A stretch of DNA of 64,000 nucleotides from an uncultured Myxococcales bacterium (lineage in GTDB: Bacteria; Myxococcota; Myxococcia; Myxococcales; UBA5297): NCBI GenBank assembly GCA_937910285.1, contig CALEOC010000027.1, forward strand, positions 6,725 through 70,724, written 5' to 3'. This document shows, piece by piece, positions 37,401 through 45,624 of the stretch. The first letter of the stretch is position 1. Each line of letters begins with the position of its first letter. Made by a program: the position numbers and the translations under genes. The notes under the pieces are model-generated. The model saw only the letters and a list, made by a program, of their open reading frames with translations, had not been told where the DNA came from and did not search any database.

Positions 37401-37900
37401 CGTGCTCCCGAGCGCTGAAATCGTCGCCGACTCACGATCCGCGGTGCTCCCGAGCGCCGAAATCGTCGCCGACTCACGGTCCGTGGTGCTCCCGAGCAGT
37501 CGAGATCGTCGCCGCCGACGATCTCTGGTTCGACCGGAGCTCGAGGATCGTCGCGGCCGACGATCTCTGGTTCGACCGGAGCTCGAGCGAACGTGGCTGC
37601 CGACGCTTTTGGTTCCACCGGAGCTCGGGGATCGTCGCCGCCGACGTTTTCGGTTCGACCGGAGTTCAGCCATCGTCGCGGCCGACGATCTCTGGTTCGA
37701 CCGGAGCTCGAGGATCGTCGCCGCTGACGTTTTCGGTTCAACCGGAGCTCGGCGATCGTCGCGGCCGACGATCTCTGGTTCAACCGGAGCTCGGGGATCG
37801 TCGCGGCCGACGTTTTCGGTTCAACCGGAGCTCGGCGATCGTCGCGGCCGACGTTTTCAGTTCGACCGGAGCTTGATGAGTCGCTGACGTTCGGACTCGC
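37401..37900. repeat. 41/42-bp tandem array, about 12 units in three subtypes
   Basis: Units start at 37401, 37443, 37485, 37527, 37569, 37611, 37652, 37694, 37735, 37777, 37818 and 37859. The core is GGTTCGACCGGAGCTCG. Several units carry the dyad GATCGTCG-N4-CGACGATC (for example 37504-37523 and 37546-37565). Confidence 0.9.
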
Positions 37901-38246
37901 GCTCCGTGGACCAGGCACTTTCGCCGGATGGCGACATCGATCCTCTTGCCAGTGACCACGCGCGGCCCCTGTGGAAGCCCCCTCCCCTCGGGCGCGCTGA
38001 CCAGGGCGAGACGAGCAGAAGCCGCGTTCGCGCGCCCGAGGGAGAGGGGGTTTGGGGGTAGGGGTCGGCCGGACCTCGCGCCAGAACGATGCCCGCCTGC
38101 CGCTACGAGTCGCCGCTCGAGCACCAAGCCAGAAGCTCCAGCTTCGTCGTCGTGCGGTGGCGTTTCACGATCGGGAACGGTCGGAACCTCGGCGGGTTCA
38201 CTGACCTGACACCGGATGGACTTTCCCGCCCCGATGACGGGGAGGC

Positions 38247-38684
38247 CTACCCGCGCCTCACGCTCACCGCGCACCTGTCCGACTCGAACAGCGTCTTCTC
38301 GAGGTCGAACTTCGCCTCCGGGTCCATCCCACGGATCATCCCCTCGATGGGATCGAGGCAGTAGATGCGGCACGGGCTCGCCGAGCCCATCCGCTTCGCG
38401 AGCGCGCAGAGCATGCAGCGGCTCGCCTGGGCACCGAACCCGCCCTGCTCCTGGGTGATCTTCCAGTCGGCGCACCCGAACAGCTCGGCGGTCCGGGTGA
38501 ACGCCTCCTCGGGCCGCGTCAGCCCCATCTGGGCCGCGCGCATCTTCCCGCCCGCGAGCTGCTCCTGGCGCTTGGCCTCGGTCACCTGCTCGAGGACGCC
38601 CGCCCGCGCGTAGTGGCGGCCGGCGTCGGCGAGCGCGCCGGCGTAGACTTTGCGAAGGATATCGAGGGTTTCGGCTGGCTGCAT
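38247..38684 (-). CDS. cysteine-motif protein, ATC-hydrolase-like (PF14196-like) family
   Basis: I start at MQPAETLD (ATG complement 38682-38684). The C-terminal pattern RCMLCALAKRMG...PCRIYCLDPIEGMIRGMDPE...SDRCAVSV resembles L-2-amino-thiazoline-4-carboxylate-hydrolase-family proteins. This is assigned from memory of the family pattern only. Confidence 0.5.
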   Translation of the reverse strand: MQPAETLDILRKVYAGALADAGRHYARAGVLEQVTEAKRQEQLAGGKMRAAQMGLTRPEEAFTRTAELFGCADWKITQEQGGFGAQASRCMLCALAKRMGSASPCRIYCLDPIEGMIRGMDPEAKFDLEKTLFESDRCAVSVRRG

Positions 38685-38750
38685 GGGGCTCTCCTTTGGA
38701 TGTTCGGGCCCGCTCTCCGGGCCTGCTGCATCCATGAGTGCCGCGAGCCT

Positions 38751-39464
38751 TCAGGTTGTGACAGCAGCCGCGTCGCTCTCGAGCAGCTCGAGCCAGAAGT
38801 TCTTGGGCGGCAGCACCTGCTCCGACTCCCGGAACAGGCGGGCGAGGCCGGTCGAACGGCGCAGCTTCGCGTACTCTTTGGGCAAATCCACGTCGTCGAC
38901 GTGCCGGCGCATGCGACAGCGGCAGGTTCCCGCCGGGTTGTGCAGCACGCACTGGTCGGCGAGAAACCCGTTGAGCTTGCGGCGCGAGCGGCTGACGTGT
39001 TGGCGCGCCGTCGCCTCCTCGCACTCGAGAACCCGGGCAATCTCCGCGTAGTCGACCTCCGCCATCTCGCGCAGGATGAAGGCGAGCCGCGGCTCGGGCT
39101 CCAGGCACTGGAGCATGCCCGCGAGGCACTTGTCGCACATCGACTTGACCCACAGCCGCTTGTCGAGATCGGCCTGCTCGGGCAGCGGCAGGTCGGGGCC
39201 GCTGAAGTAGGCGCGCAAGAACTCTATCGAATAGCGCCGCTCGTCCCGGGTGTGGCGACGCGCGACGCGCCAGGTGAGCTGGTAGATCCAGGTGGACAGC
39301 TCGGAGCGCCCCTCGAACCGCGGCAGGCTCTCGAGCAGCTCGAGCCAGACCTGCTGGGCCGCTTCGCGGGCGCGCTCCTCGTTGCGCGTCATCCGCCAGC
39401 AGATGGAAGAGACGAGGCGGCCGTATTTGTCGACGAGGTCGCGGTGGTCGGTGGGGGCGGGCAT
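38751..39464 (-). CDS. ECF-type RNA polymerase sigma factor with Cys-rich linker and about 70-aa C-terminal extension
   Basis: I start at MPAPTDHRD (ATG complement 39462-39464). Sigma-2 reads REAAQQVWLELLESLPRFEGRSELSTWIYQLTWR. Sigma-4 reads LAFILREMAEVDYAEIARVLECEEATARQHVSRSRRKL. Extra cysteines occur at CDKCLAGMLQC and CVLHNPAGTCRC. Confidence 0.85.
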   Translation of the reverse strand: MPAPTDHRDLVDKYGRLVSSICWRMTRNEERAREAAQQVWLELLESLPRFEGRSELSTWIYQLTWRVARRHTRDERRYSIEFLRAYFSGPDLPLPEQADLDKRLWVKSMCDKCLAGMLQCLEPEPRLAFILREMAEVDYAEIARVLECEEATARQHVSRSRRKLNGFLADQCVLHNPAGTCRCRMRRHVDDVDLPKEYAKLRRSTGLARLFRESEQVLPPKNFWLELLESDAAAVTT

Positions 39465-40064
39465 CGGCACCTCGGGTAAAGGCCGAACCTTGGGCCCGCA
39501 AGGCATGCACCGGTCACCCGGGGTTTGTCGAGGGGCCGAACGAAGTCGAAGCGGCCGCGGCACGACGGTCTGAGCGCGTAGGGCTTGGGCTCAAGCAGAT
39601 GGCCGGGGGTTGTGCTGGCCGCGGAGCGCGTTGGCCCTCACCCTCCTCTCCCAGACGGCGCGCACTCGGACCGTGCTCGACTCGATCATCGAGGGCGCGC
39701 CTGGGAGAGGCGATCGCCCGTGACGGTGCGAGGACTCGTCGCTTGTTCGAGCACAGCTCGCAAGTGCTGCGGCGCCCCGGGCGTCAACGCGTAGTGCAGT
39801 GCGATCAAGCCGGAATGCGGAAGGCCAGCAGACGCGATCGCCCCTCCCAGGCCCGCGCAACCAAGTTCGCGGCGAGCACCCTCGTGTGCGGGCCGCTGGG
39901 AGGGGAGGGGGCGGGCCAACGGTGCCGGCGACGGCCCCCTTACTCGGATCACACCACCTCAAACCCTATCCGAAGCGGGCTTCGTCGACTGTCCCAACCA
40001 GTGAGTGCCGCAACGAAGAGCGCCCCGACTTCGGGGTGACCGGGGCTCGGGCTTCTGGCGGGGC

Positions 40065-40100
40065 CACGACGCCGACACAAAGGTCGGCGATCCGAACCAG
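40065..40100. repeat. solo copy of the hairpin-containing part of the 69-bp array unit
   Basis: GACGCCGACACAAAGGTCGGCGATCCGAACC compares with GACGGCCGACACAAAGGTCGGCCCTCCGGACC in the array at 47236-47268. The hairpin GCCGAC-ACAAAG-GTCGGC lies at 40071-40088. Confidence 0.6.
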
Positions 40101-40140
40101 TGAGTGGCGGGCCAACGGGTACGGCGAACCGACTGCGCAC

Positions 40141-41112
40141 CTACGGCGGGCACGGCCGCGACGGCTCTCCTGGCGCGAGCAGCGGCTTGTGCGACAGCGC
40201 CTCGCGGAAGCACAAGGTCAACGACGGGTGAATCTCCACCGGATAGTAGGAGAGCTTCGCCTGGCGCAGTCCCGGATCGTCGAGGTCCTCCTCGCGGTTG
40301 ATGAGCTCGAAGCCCTCCTCGAGGATGACCTTTGCCGTCTCCTGGTTGACGACCTGGTAGAGCCCCTTGTAGTCGCGCAGCGCCCGCTCGTAGTGGACCA
40401 CCGCGGTCGTCGGGTTGAGCGTCTCGTAGACGGAGAACGCGACCGGCTTGCCCTCGACGCGCAGCAGCGTGCCCCGCTGGCCGAGGCTCGCAAAGTGCCT
40501 GAGCGTGAAGTCGAGGGTTCGCAGCTCCTGCTCGAGCGTGCCGCGGACGTCGAGCTGCTCGGTGCGGCAGATCTCCTCGAGGAGCGCCCGGCAGTCGGAG
40601 AGATGCTCCGGGCGCAGCGGCTCGACGGTCCACTGGTAGAGCCGGTGCGCCTGCGCGATGAGGTTGCGCTTCTTCGAGAACCGCTTGCCGGCGAGGGTCG
40701 CCAGGTCCTGCGCGCGGTAGACGTAGTTGGCCGCGGCGCGGTTGTCGGTGACCGCGAATGCTTTAGCGAATTCGGGCTCTTCGGCGACGAAGTCGGGGCT
40801 GACGCCGACTACCCGCAGCCGGTAGTCGAGCTCGGCGATGCGCTCGACCAACGCCTCGGACAGCGCGCGCCCGATGGGGCCGACCGGCTGCAAGAGGTTG
40901 GGGGGCGGTTCCCCGTCGCCCTGGTAGCTGATGAGCAGCAGCTCGGGGGTCGGCTGGGCCCAGCCGTAGTGGAAGACGCTGTCCCAGGCCGCCAACGTGG
41001 CGAAGGTGAAGCCCGACAAAGGCTGCGGATGCCGCTCGAGGATGGGCCCGAGCCTCCCGACGTGATCGCGGGCGAGCGGCTCGAAACGAAAGCCTAGAAA
41101 GTCGAAGGCCAT
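40141..41112 (-). CDS. DUF2156 / MprF C-terminal-like (aminoacyl-tRNA-dependent transferase fold) protein
   Basis: The text resembles DUF2156 proteins (FTFATLAAWDSVFHYGWA, KRFSKKRNLIAQ, GKPVAFSVYE...AVVHYERA...KGLYQVVNQE). Its start abuts the stop of the upstream GNAT gene with no gap. Confidence 0.7.
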   Translation of the reverse strand: MAFDFLGFRFEPLARDHVGRLGPILERHPQPLSGFTFATLAAWDSVFHYGWAQPTPELLLISYQGDGEPPPNLLQPVGPIGRALSEALVERIAELDYRLRVVGVSPDFVAEEPEFAKAFAVTDNRAAANYVYRAQDLATLAGKRFSKKRNLIAQAHRLYQWTVEPLRPEHLSDCRALLEEICRTEQLDVRGTLEQELRTLDFTLRHFASLGQRGTLLRVEGKPVAFSVYETLNPTTAVVHYERALRDYKGLYQVVNQETAKVILEEGFELINREEDLDDPGLRQAKLSYYPVEIHPSLTLCFREALSHKPLLAPGEPSRPCPP

Positions 41113-41532
41113 CTAGCCTTGCTTCCCGTAGAGCATCGGGCGGAAGCCCTCGAGCGCGCGAAACCCGAGCGACTCGTAGAAGGCCTGCGTTCCCGGCTCC
41201 GCGACCAGACCGACCCAGCCGATGCCTTGCTGGGAGCAGTACTCGGCGAGCCGCTTGACCAATTCGCGCCCTATCCCGCGCTTGCGCACTTCCTCGAGCA
41301 CCACGACGTCCTGGATGTAGGCATCGCTCACCCCATCCGAGATGGCGCGGCCCATCCCGACGAGACGCCCGTCGCGGCTGCGCGCGACCATAAAGCAGAA
41401 GCTGCCTGTGATCATCCGCGGGATGATCGCCCTCCACTGCTCCGACTCCTGCCACCAGCCGCCGGCTTCGTAGAGCGCGACGATGGCCTCGACCGGCGCC
41501 TCGGAAACGACCTGGTATTCGATCTCGTCCAT
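41113..41532 (-). CDS. GNAT-family N-acetyltransferase
   Basis: I start at MDEIEYQVV (ATG complement 41530-41532). The acetyl-CoA motif is VVVLEEVRKRGIGRELV. A C-terminal FYESLGF is present. Confidence 0.8.
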   Translation of the reverse strand: MDEIEYQVVSEAPVEAIVALYEAGGWWQESEQWRAIIPRMITGSFCFMVARSRDGRLVGMGRAISDGVSDAYIQDVVVLEEVRKRGIGRELVKRLAEYCSQQGIGWVGLVAEPGTQAFYESLGFRALEGFRPMLYGKQG

Positions 41533-41649
41533 GGACTTTTTGGCCCGTAGCGTTGGGGGTTCGCTGCGCGCTTGATAGTCCAACCGCCCGCGGCGATCAC
41601 CCCCCGCGTGCAAAGCGGACCGATCGCGCCACGGGCAAGGACTCGCGCT

Positions 41650-41790
41650 TGAGATTCGTCACGGCGCGGAATGATTCGAGATTTTCGGCGCGGAGCGGGT
41701 CGAAGACGAGAGGCCCGTCGGCCTCGCAAGCTCGGCCTACGCTCGGGCTGACCGGTTATCGCTCGAAGGCTTCCTCGACACGTCTTCTGC
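41650..41790. repeat. dispersed REP/MITE-like intergenic element, copy 6
   Basis: GGCCTCGCAAGCTCGGCCTACGCTCGGGCTGACCGGTTATCGCTCGAAGG (41720-41769), preceded by GAGATTCGTCACGGCGCGGAATGATTCGAGATTTTCGGCGCGGAGCGGGTCGAAGA. Confidence 0.7.
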
Positions 41791-41849
41791 GACGAACCAC
41801 GCGGGTTTCTTGGTAGAAGCGCCCACCTCGCTGTTAGGTTCCGCACCCC

Positions 41850-42794
41850 ATGACCGACCTCGCGATCCACTGCCGGCAGCTCGTCAAGCGCTATGGCACC
41901 GAGGTGCTGGCCGTCGACGGCCTCGACCTCGAGGTGAAGCGCGGCGAGTGCTTCGGGCTGCTCGGGCCCAACGGCGCCGGCAAGACGACCACCGTGGAGA
42001 TCCTCGAAGGCCTGCTCGAGCCGACCGCGGGCGAGGTCGAGGTGCTCGGGATGCACTGGGCGCAGGACGCCGATCGGCTGCGCGAGCGGCTGGGCATCAC
42101 CCTGCAGCAGACCTGGCTCTACGACCGGCTGACCGTCCGCGAGCTGCTCGAGCTGTTCCGCGCCTTCTTCCCCAAGGGCCGCACGGTCGACGAGGTGCTC
42201 GGGCTCGTCTCGCTCGAGGAGAAGCGCAACGCCTGGTTCGAGAAGCTCTCCGGCGGTCAGAAGCAGCGGCTCGCCGTCGCCTGCGCGCTGGTCGGCGACC
42301 CCGAGCTGCTCTTCCTCGACGAGCCGACGACCGGGCTCGACCCCCAGTCGCGCCGCCAGCTCTGGGACGTCGTCTCCGACATGAAGGCCGAGGGGCGCAC
42401 GGTGCTGCTGACGACCCACTACATGGACGAGGCCGAGCGGCTGTGCGACCGGGTCGCGATCATCGACCGCGGCAAGGTCATCGCCCAGGGCACCCCGCGC
42501 GAGCTGATCACCCGGGTCGTCGGCCAGGAGGTCGTGGAGTTCGCCCCGCCCGGCGAGGTCGGGAAGAGCGACGGGCTCGACGAGCCGGCGCTGGTCGCCT
42601 TGCCCGGGGTCCTGGGCGCGCGGCATGTGCCCGACGGCTGGGCCCTGACCGTCGACCGCGCCCACGTCGCCATCCCCGCCCTGCTCGCGCACCTCGAGGC
42701 GAAGGGGCTGCTGCCGCTCGCCCGGCTCTCGACGCACTCGGCGACCCTCGAAGACGTCTTCGTGACCCTGACTGGACGGAACCTGCGTGACTAG
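41850..42794 (+). CDS. ABC-2-type exporter ATP-binding protein
   Basis: Motifs: Walker A GPNGAGKTT, signature LSGGQKQR, Walker B LLFLDEPT. It has a DrrA-like C-terminal domain. Confidence 0.9.
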   Translation: MTDLAIHCRQLVKRYGTEVLAVDGLDLEVKRGECFGLLGPNGAGKTTTVEILEGLLEPTAGEVEVLGMHWAQDADRLRERLGITLQQTWLYDRLTVRELLELFRAFFPKGRTVDEVLGLVSLEEKRNAWFEKLSGGQKQRLAVACALVGDPELLFLDEPTTGLDPQSRRQLWDVVSDMKAEGRTVLLTTHYMDEAERLCDRVAIIDRGKVIAQGTPRELITRVVGQEVVEFAPPGEVGKSDGLDEPALVALPGVLGARHVPDGWALTVDRAHVAIPALLAHLEAKGLLPLARLSTHSATLEDVFVTLTGRNLRD

Positions 42795-43821
42795 CCGCTC
42801 GCCTCTGCTGCTGCTGACCGTCGCCCGGCTCAAGCTCTTCTTTCGCGAGCCGAGCGCGGTCTTCTGGAGCTTTGGCTTCCCCATCCTGCTGTCCATCGCG
42901 CTGGGGATAGCCTTCCGGGACAAGCCGCCCGAGCCGATAGCCGCCGCGGTGCAGGCAGGCCCAGGCGCCGAGCGCGTGGTCGCCTCGCTGGAGGCGAGCG
43001 GCCAGGTCAAGGCGCGGCCCCTCGAGGCCGACGCGGCCAAGAGCGCGCTGCGCACCGGCAAGGTGGCGATAGTCGTCCGCCCCGGGGCGACGCGCACCTA
43101 CGCCTTCGACCCGACGCGGCCCGAGAGCCGGCTGGCGCGCACCGTAGTCGACGACCTGCTGCAGCGCGCCGACGGGCGCGTCGACCCGACCCCGGTCGCC
43201 GAGGCCAAGCTCACCGAGCCCGGCTCGCGCTACATCGACTTCCTGCTCCCCGGGCTCATCGGCCTGAACATCATGTCGAGCGGGATGTGGGGCATCGGCT
43301 ACGTCATCGTCGAGGACCGCACCCGCAAGCTGCTCAAGCGCATGCTCGCCATGCCGATGAAGCGCAGCCACTTCCTGCTCTCCTTCGTCTTCATGCGGGT
43401 GCTCTTCCTGGCCATCGAGCTGCCGGTCTTGATGCTCTTCGGCTGGCTCGCCTTCTCGATCACCATCCGCGGCTCGCTGCTGCTGCTCGGGCTCATCGCG
43501 CTGCTGGGGGCCTTCGCCTTCGCCGGCCTGGGGCTGCTCGTCGCCTCGCGGGCGCGCAACACGCAGACGGTCGGCGGCCTGATGAACCTGGTGATGATGC
43601 CGATGTACGTGCTCTCGGGCGTCTTCTTCTCCTCGGCCAACTTCCCCGAGCCGATGCAGCCGTTCATCAAGGCGCTGCCGCTGACCGCGCTCAACGACGG
43701 GATGCGGGCGGTCATCAACGAGGGCGCCGGGTTCGCCGCGGTGGCGCCGCAGGCAGGCATCCTCGCGGCGACCGCGCTGGTCACCTTCGTCGCGGCGGTG
43801 AAGCTGTTCCGGTGGAGCTGA
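42787..43821 (+). CDS. ABC-2-type exporter permease
   Basis: The GTG start overlaps the ATPase stop by 8 nt. It has an N-terminal TM helix, a large loop and a five-helix ABC-2 membrane domain. Confidence 0.8.
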   Translation: MTSRSPLLLLTVARLKLFFREPSAVFWSFGFPILLSIALGIAFRDKPPEPIAAAVQAGPGAERVVASLEASGQVKARPLEADAAKSALRTGKVAIVVRPGATRTYAFDPTRPESRLARTVVDDLLQRADGRVDPTPVAEAKLTEPGSRYIDFLLPGLIGLNIMSSGMWGIGYVIVEDRTRKLLKRMLAMPMKRSHFLLSFVFMRVLFLAIELPVLMLFGWLAFSITIRGSLLLLGLIALLGAFAFAGLGLLVASRARNTQTVGGLMNLVMMPMYVLSGVFFSSANFPEPMQPFIKALPLTALNDGMRAVINEGAGFAAVAPQAGILAATALVTFVAAVKLFRWS

Positions 43822-43835
43822 CGCGCCGACGGTAG

Positions 43836-43906
43836 GGGCGCATAACAATGCGCCCGGCCCCGCAGGCCCGGTGCACCGTGGTGGAGGGCGGAGCTCCAGC
43901 TCCGCC
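43836..43906. repeat. two small hairpin-repeat families side by side
   Basis: GGGCGCAT-AACA-ATGCGCCC lies at 43836-43855 and GGCGGAGCT-CC-AGCTCCGCC at 43887-43906. Both recur elsewhere (45459-45478, 55449-55468, 55631-55648). Confidence 0.7.
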
Positions 43907-44061
43907 AGAGAGCCGGCTGAAGCGACGGCGCTGATGGAGGGCGGGAGCTCCGGGTCGAGTCCATGAGCGAGGAGCCCGCTTCTATCGCAAGCGTCACGGA
44001 CGAAACAATCGCCACGGCTCTGCTTTGGGGCGGCGCGGGGGCGGGCCACATCGCCCTCGAG

Positions 44062-44187
44062 GCCCTCGGCATCCATCCGAACGCCGTCCCCATCAACCCG
44101 ATAGCCGTCCGGACCAGTCCGAAAGCCGTCCGCATCACCCCGAAGGCCGTCCGCATCGGTCCGAAAGCCGTCCGCATCGGTCCAGCT
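44062..44187. repeat. 21-bp tandem array (5 clear units plus a degenerate one)
   Basis: GCCGTCC recurs at 44083, 44104, 44125, 44146 and 44167, exactly 21 bp apart. The consensus unit is CCGAAAGCCGTCCGCATCGGT. Confidence 0.85.
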
Positions 44188-44268
44188 CCGCCAAAGGGCC
44201 GGCGGTCCCCGCCCCACGCGAGGTCGATGCCCGGCAGCTCATCGGCGGGCATCAACCGAAGGCGCACC

Positions 44269-44787
44269 TCAGGGCGCGGGCGAGGGACCGGCGGTCTCTT
44301 GGGCCTTTCTGAAAGGCCACGCCATCAGCGCTACCCCGAGCATGAGGAGCACGTCGGCGACGTTGAAGATCCCGGTGCGCAGCGACCCGAGCCCGAGCTG
44401 CATGAAGTCGACGACGCGACCCTCGTTGGCGATCCGGTCGATCAGGTTGCCGAAGCCACCGGCGACAATCAGCGCGCCGACGACGAGCCCGCCCCACGAC
44501 AGCTCTTTGCGGAGCAGCAGCGTCAAGAGCCCGGCGACGAGTGCGACACCCACCCCGACGACGAAGAGCCAGAAGCGAAGCTGTGGCCCCAGGCTGTTAC
44601 CCAGGCCCAGGAAAGCCCCGGGGTTCTCCACGTAGACGAGCTTGAACAGCCCACCGAGGAAGATCGACGGACCCTGTCCCAGCAACTCCCGCTGCGCGAG
44701 GTCCTTGGTCGCCTGATCACAGCCGATGAGGGTCAGCAACAGCGGTGCGAGCAGCAACGCGCGAAGGGAACGGGGGACCGGGGCCAT
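44269..44787 (-). CDS. lspA: lipoprotein signal peptidase (signal peptidase II)
   Basis: I start at MAPVPRSLR (ATG complement 44785-44787). Four TM segments are present, with conserved LspA text (GGFGNLIDR, VVDF, FNVADV). Confidence 0.85.
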   Translation of the reverse strand: MAPVPRSLRALLLAPLLLTLIGCDQATKDLAQRELLGQGPSIFLGGLFKLVYVENPGAFLGLGNSLGPQLRFWLFVVGVGVALVAGLLTLLLRKELSWGGLVVGALIVAGGFGNLIDRIANEGRVVDFMQLGLGSLRTGIFNVADVLLMLGVALMAWPFRKAQETAGPSPAP

Positions 44788-44955
44788 GGGAGTCCTCCTG
44801 GTAGGCGTCCGAACAGGTGGCACGACAGTCTATTCCACGCCCGCCGGCGCTTCGGCGGCCGTCACGAAGACCCTCCGAAAGCGGTCGCCGCAGGTCGGGC
44901 CCGGCGCCTCAAACGCCTTGCAGTCGCCCCCGGCCGCCTTCATCCTTCGCGCGCG

Positions 44956-45351
44956 ATGGCGAGCAAGGGACGTCCGTACCGCACGGTTGTCGTCGAAGGC
45001 TTCGAGGTCCTCATCGGACGGGCCAGCGAGGACAACGACTACCTGACCTTCAGGGTGGCCGAGCCGAACGACCTCTGGCTGCACGTCGGCGGCGGCACGC
45101 CGGGCAGCCACGTCGTGGTCCGCAACCCCGAGCGCGTCGAGGTGCCGCAGTCGGTGGTCGAAACCGCCGCGGCCGCGGCCGCCTGGTACTCGAAGGCGCG
45201 CGGCGCCCCGAAGGTCGAGGTCCACGTCTGCCGGGCCGGCAACGTGTCGAAGCCCCGCGGCGCGCCGGCGGGGCTGGTCGAGATCTCCAAGTTCAAGCGG
45301 GTGAAGGTGAAGCCCGCGGCTCCGGCGGGCGCCGAGGACGGGCCGGCCTGA
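44956..45351 (+). CDS. DUF814 / NFACT-R domain protein
   Basis: I start at MASKGRPYRT (ATG 44956). The text IGRASEDNDYLTF...DLWLHVGGGTPGSHVVV...AAAAAAWYSKAR is typical of DUF814. Confidence 0.7.
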   Translation: MASKGRPYRTVVVEGFEVLIGRASEDNDYLTFRVAEPNDLWLHVGGGTPGSHVVVRNPERVEVPQSVVETAAAAAAWYSKARGAPKVEVHVCRAGNVSKPRGAPAGLVEISKFKRVKVKPAAPAGAEDGPA

Positions 45352-45458
45352 AGACGTATCGAAGAGTCCTCTGAGCGATGACCGGAAAACCCGAGCCCCT
45401 CCGACGGGCTCAGCCCGGGCTTCGAGCGGAATCCGAGCGATCGGCCGCAGGTCGGTAG

Positions 45459-45478
45459 GGGCGCATGGCAATGCGCCC
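45459..45478. repeat. hairpin repeat GGGCGCAT-GGCA-ATGCGCCC
   Basis: Same family as 43836-43855 and 55631-55648. Each copy is preceded by (T)AGGG. Confidence 0.65.
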
Positions 45479-45624
45479 GGCGAGGAATCGAGCAGAGGCG
45501 CCCGACTCGAGGGCTCCCGGCCGCCAGCACGAAGGCTGGTGCTTCGGACCTCGTAACAGCCTGCCAGTTCAAGGTCACAGCCGGGAGGGGGCCGGGCCAC
45601 GGCATCGACTATCATGCCGCTCCC

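Noticed and set aside
34472-37673. Long ORFs 34472..37306 (+) and 35301..37673 (-), each of about 800-940 aa.
   Set aside because: They overlap the photolyase and collagen-like lipoprotein genes in alternative frames, and the composition is Arg/Pro/Gly-rich nonsense. The lipoprotein frame has a lipobox, a G-X-Y tract and domain-like text.
37527-37900. tRNA-like T-arm. GGTTCGACC resembles the GGTTCGAAnCC T-loop consensus.
   Set aside because: The motif is reiterated every 41-42 bp with no acceptor, D or anticodon arms around it. The potential stem encloses a 5-nt loop rather than a 7-nt loop. It is not a tRNA gene or tRNA-derived SINE that I can support.
44062-44187. Heptad-repeat protein (MRTAFGP MRTAFGV MRTAFGL...) encoded by the 21-bp array on the minus strand.
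   Set aside because: The containing ORFs (43299..44267 and 42508..44217, minus strand) run antisense through the well-supported ABC-2 permease gene and are Arg/Pro/Gly-rich shadow frames. There is no plausible start or ribosome-binding site near the repeat.
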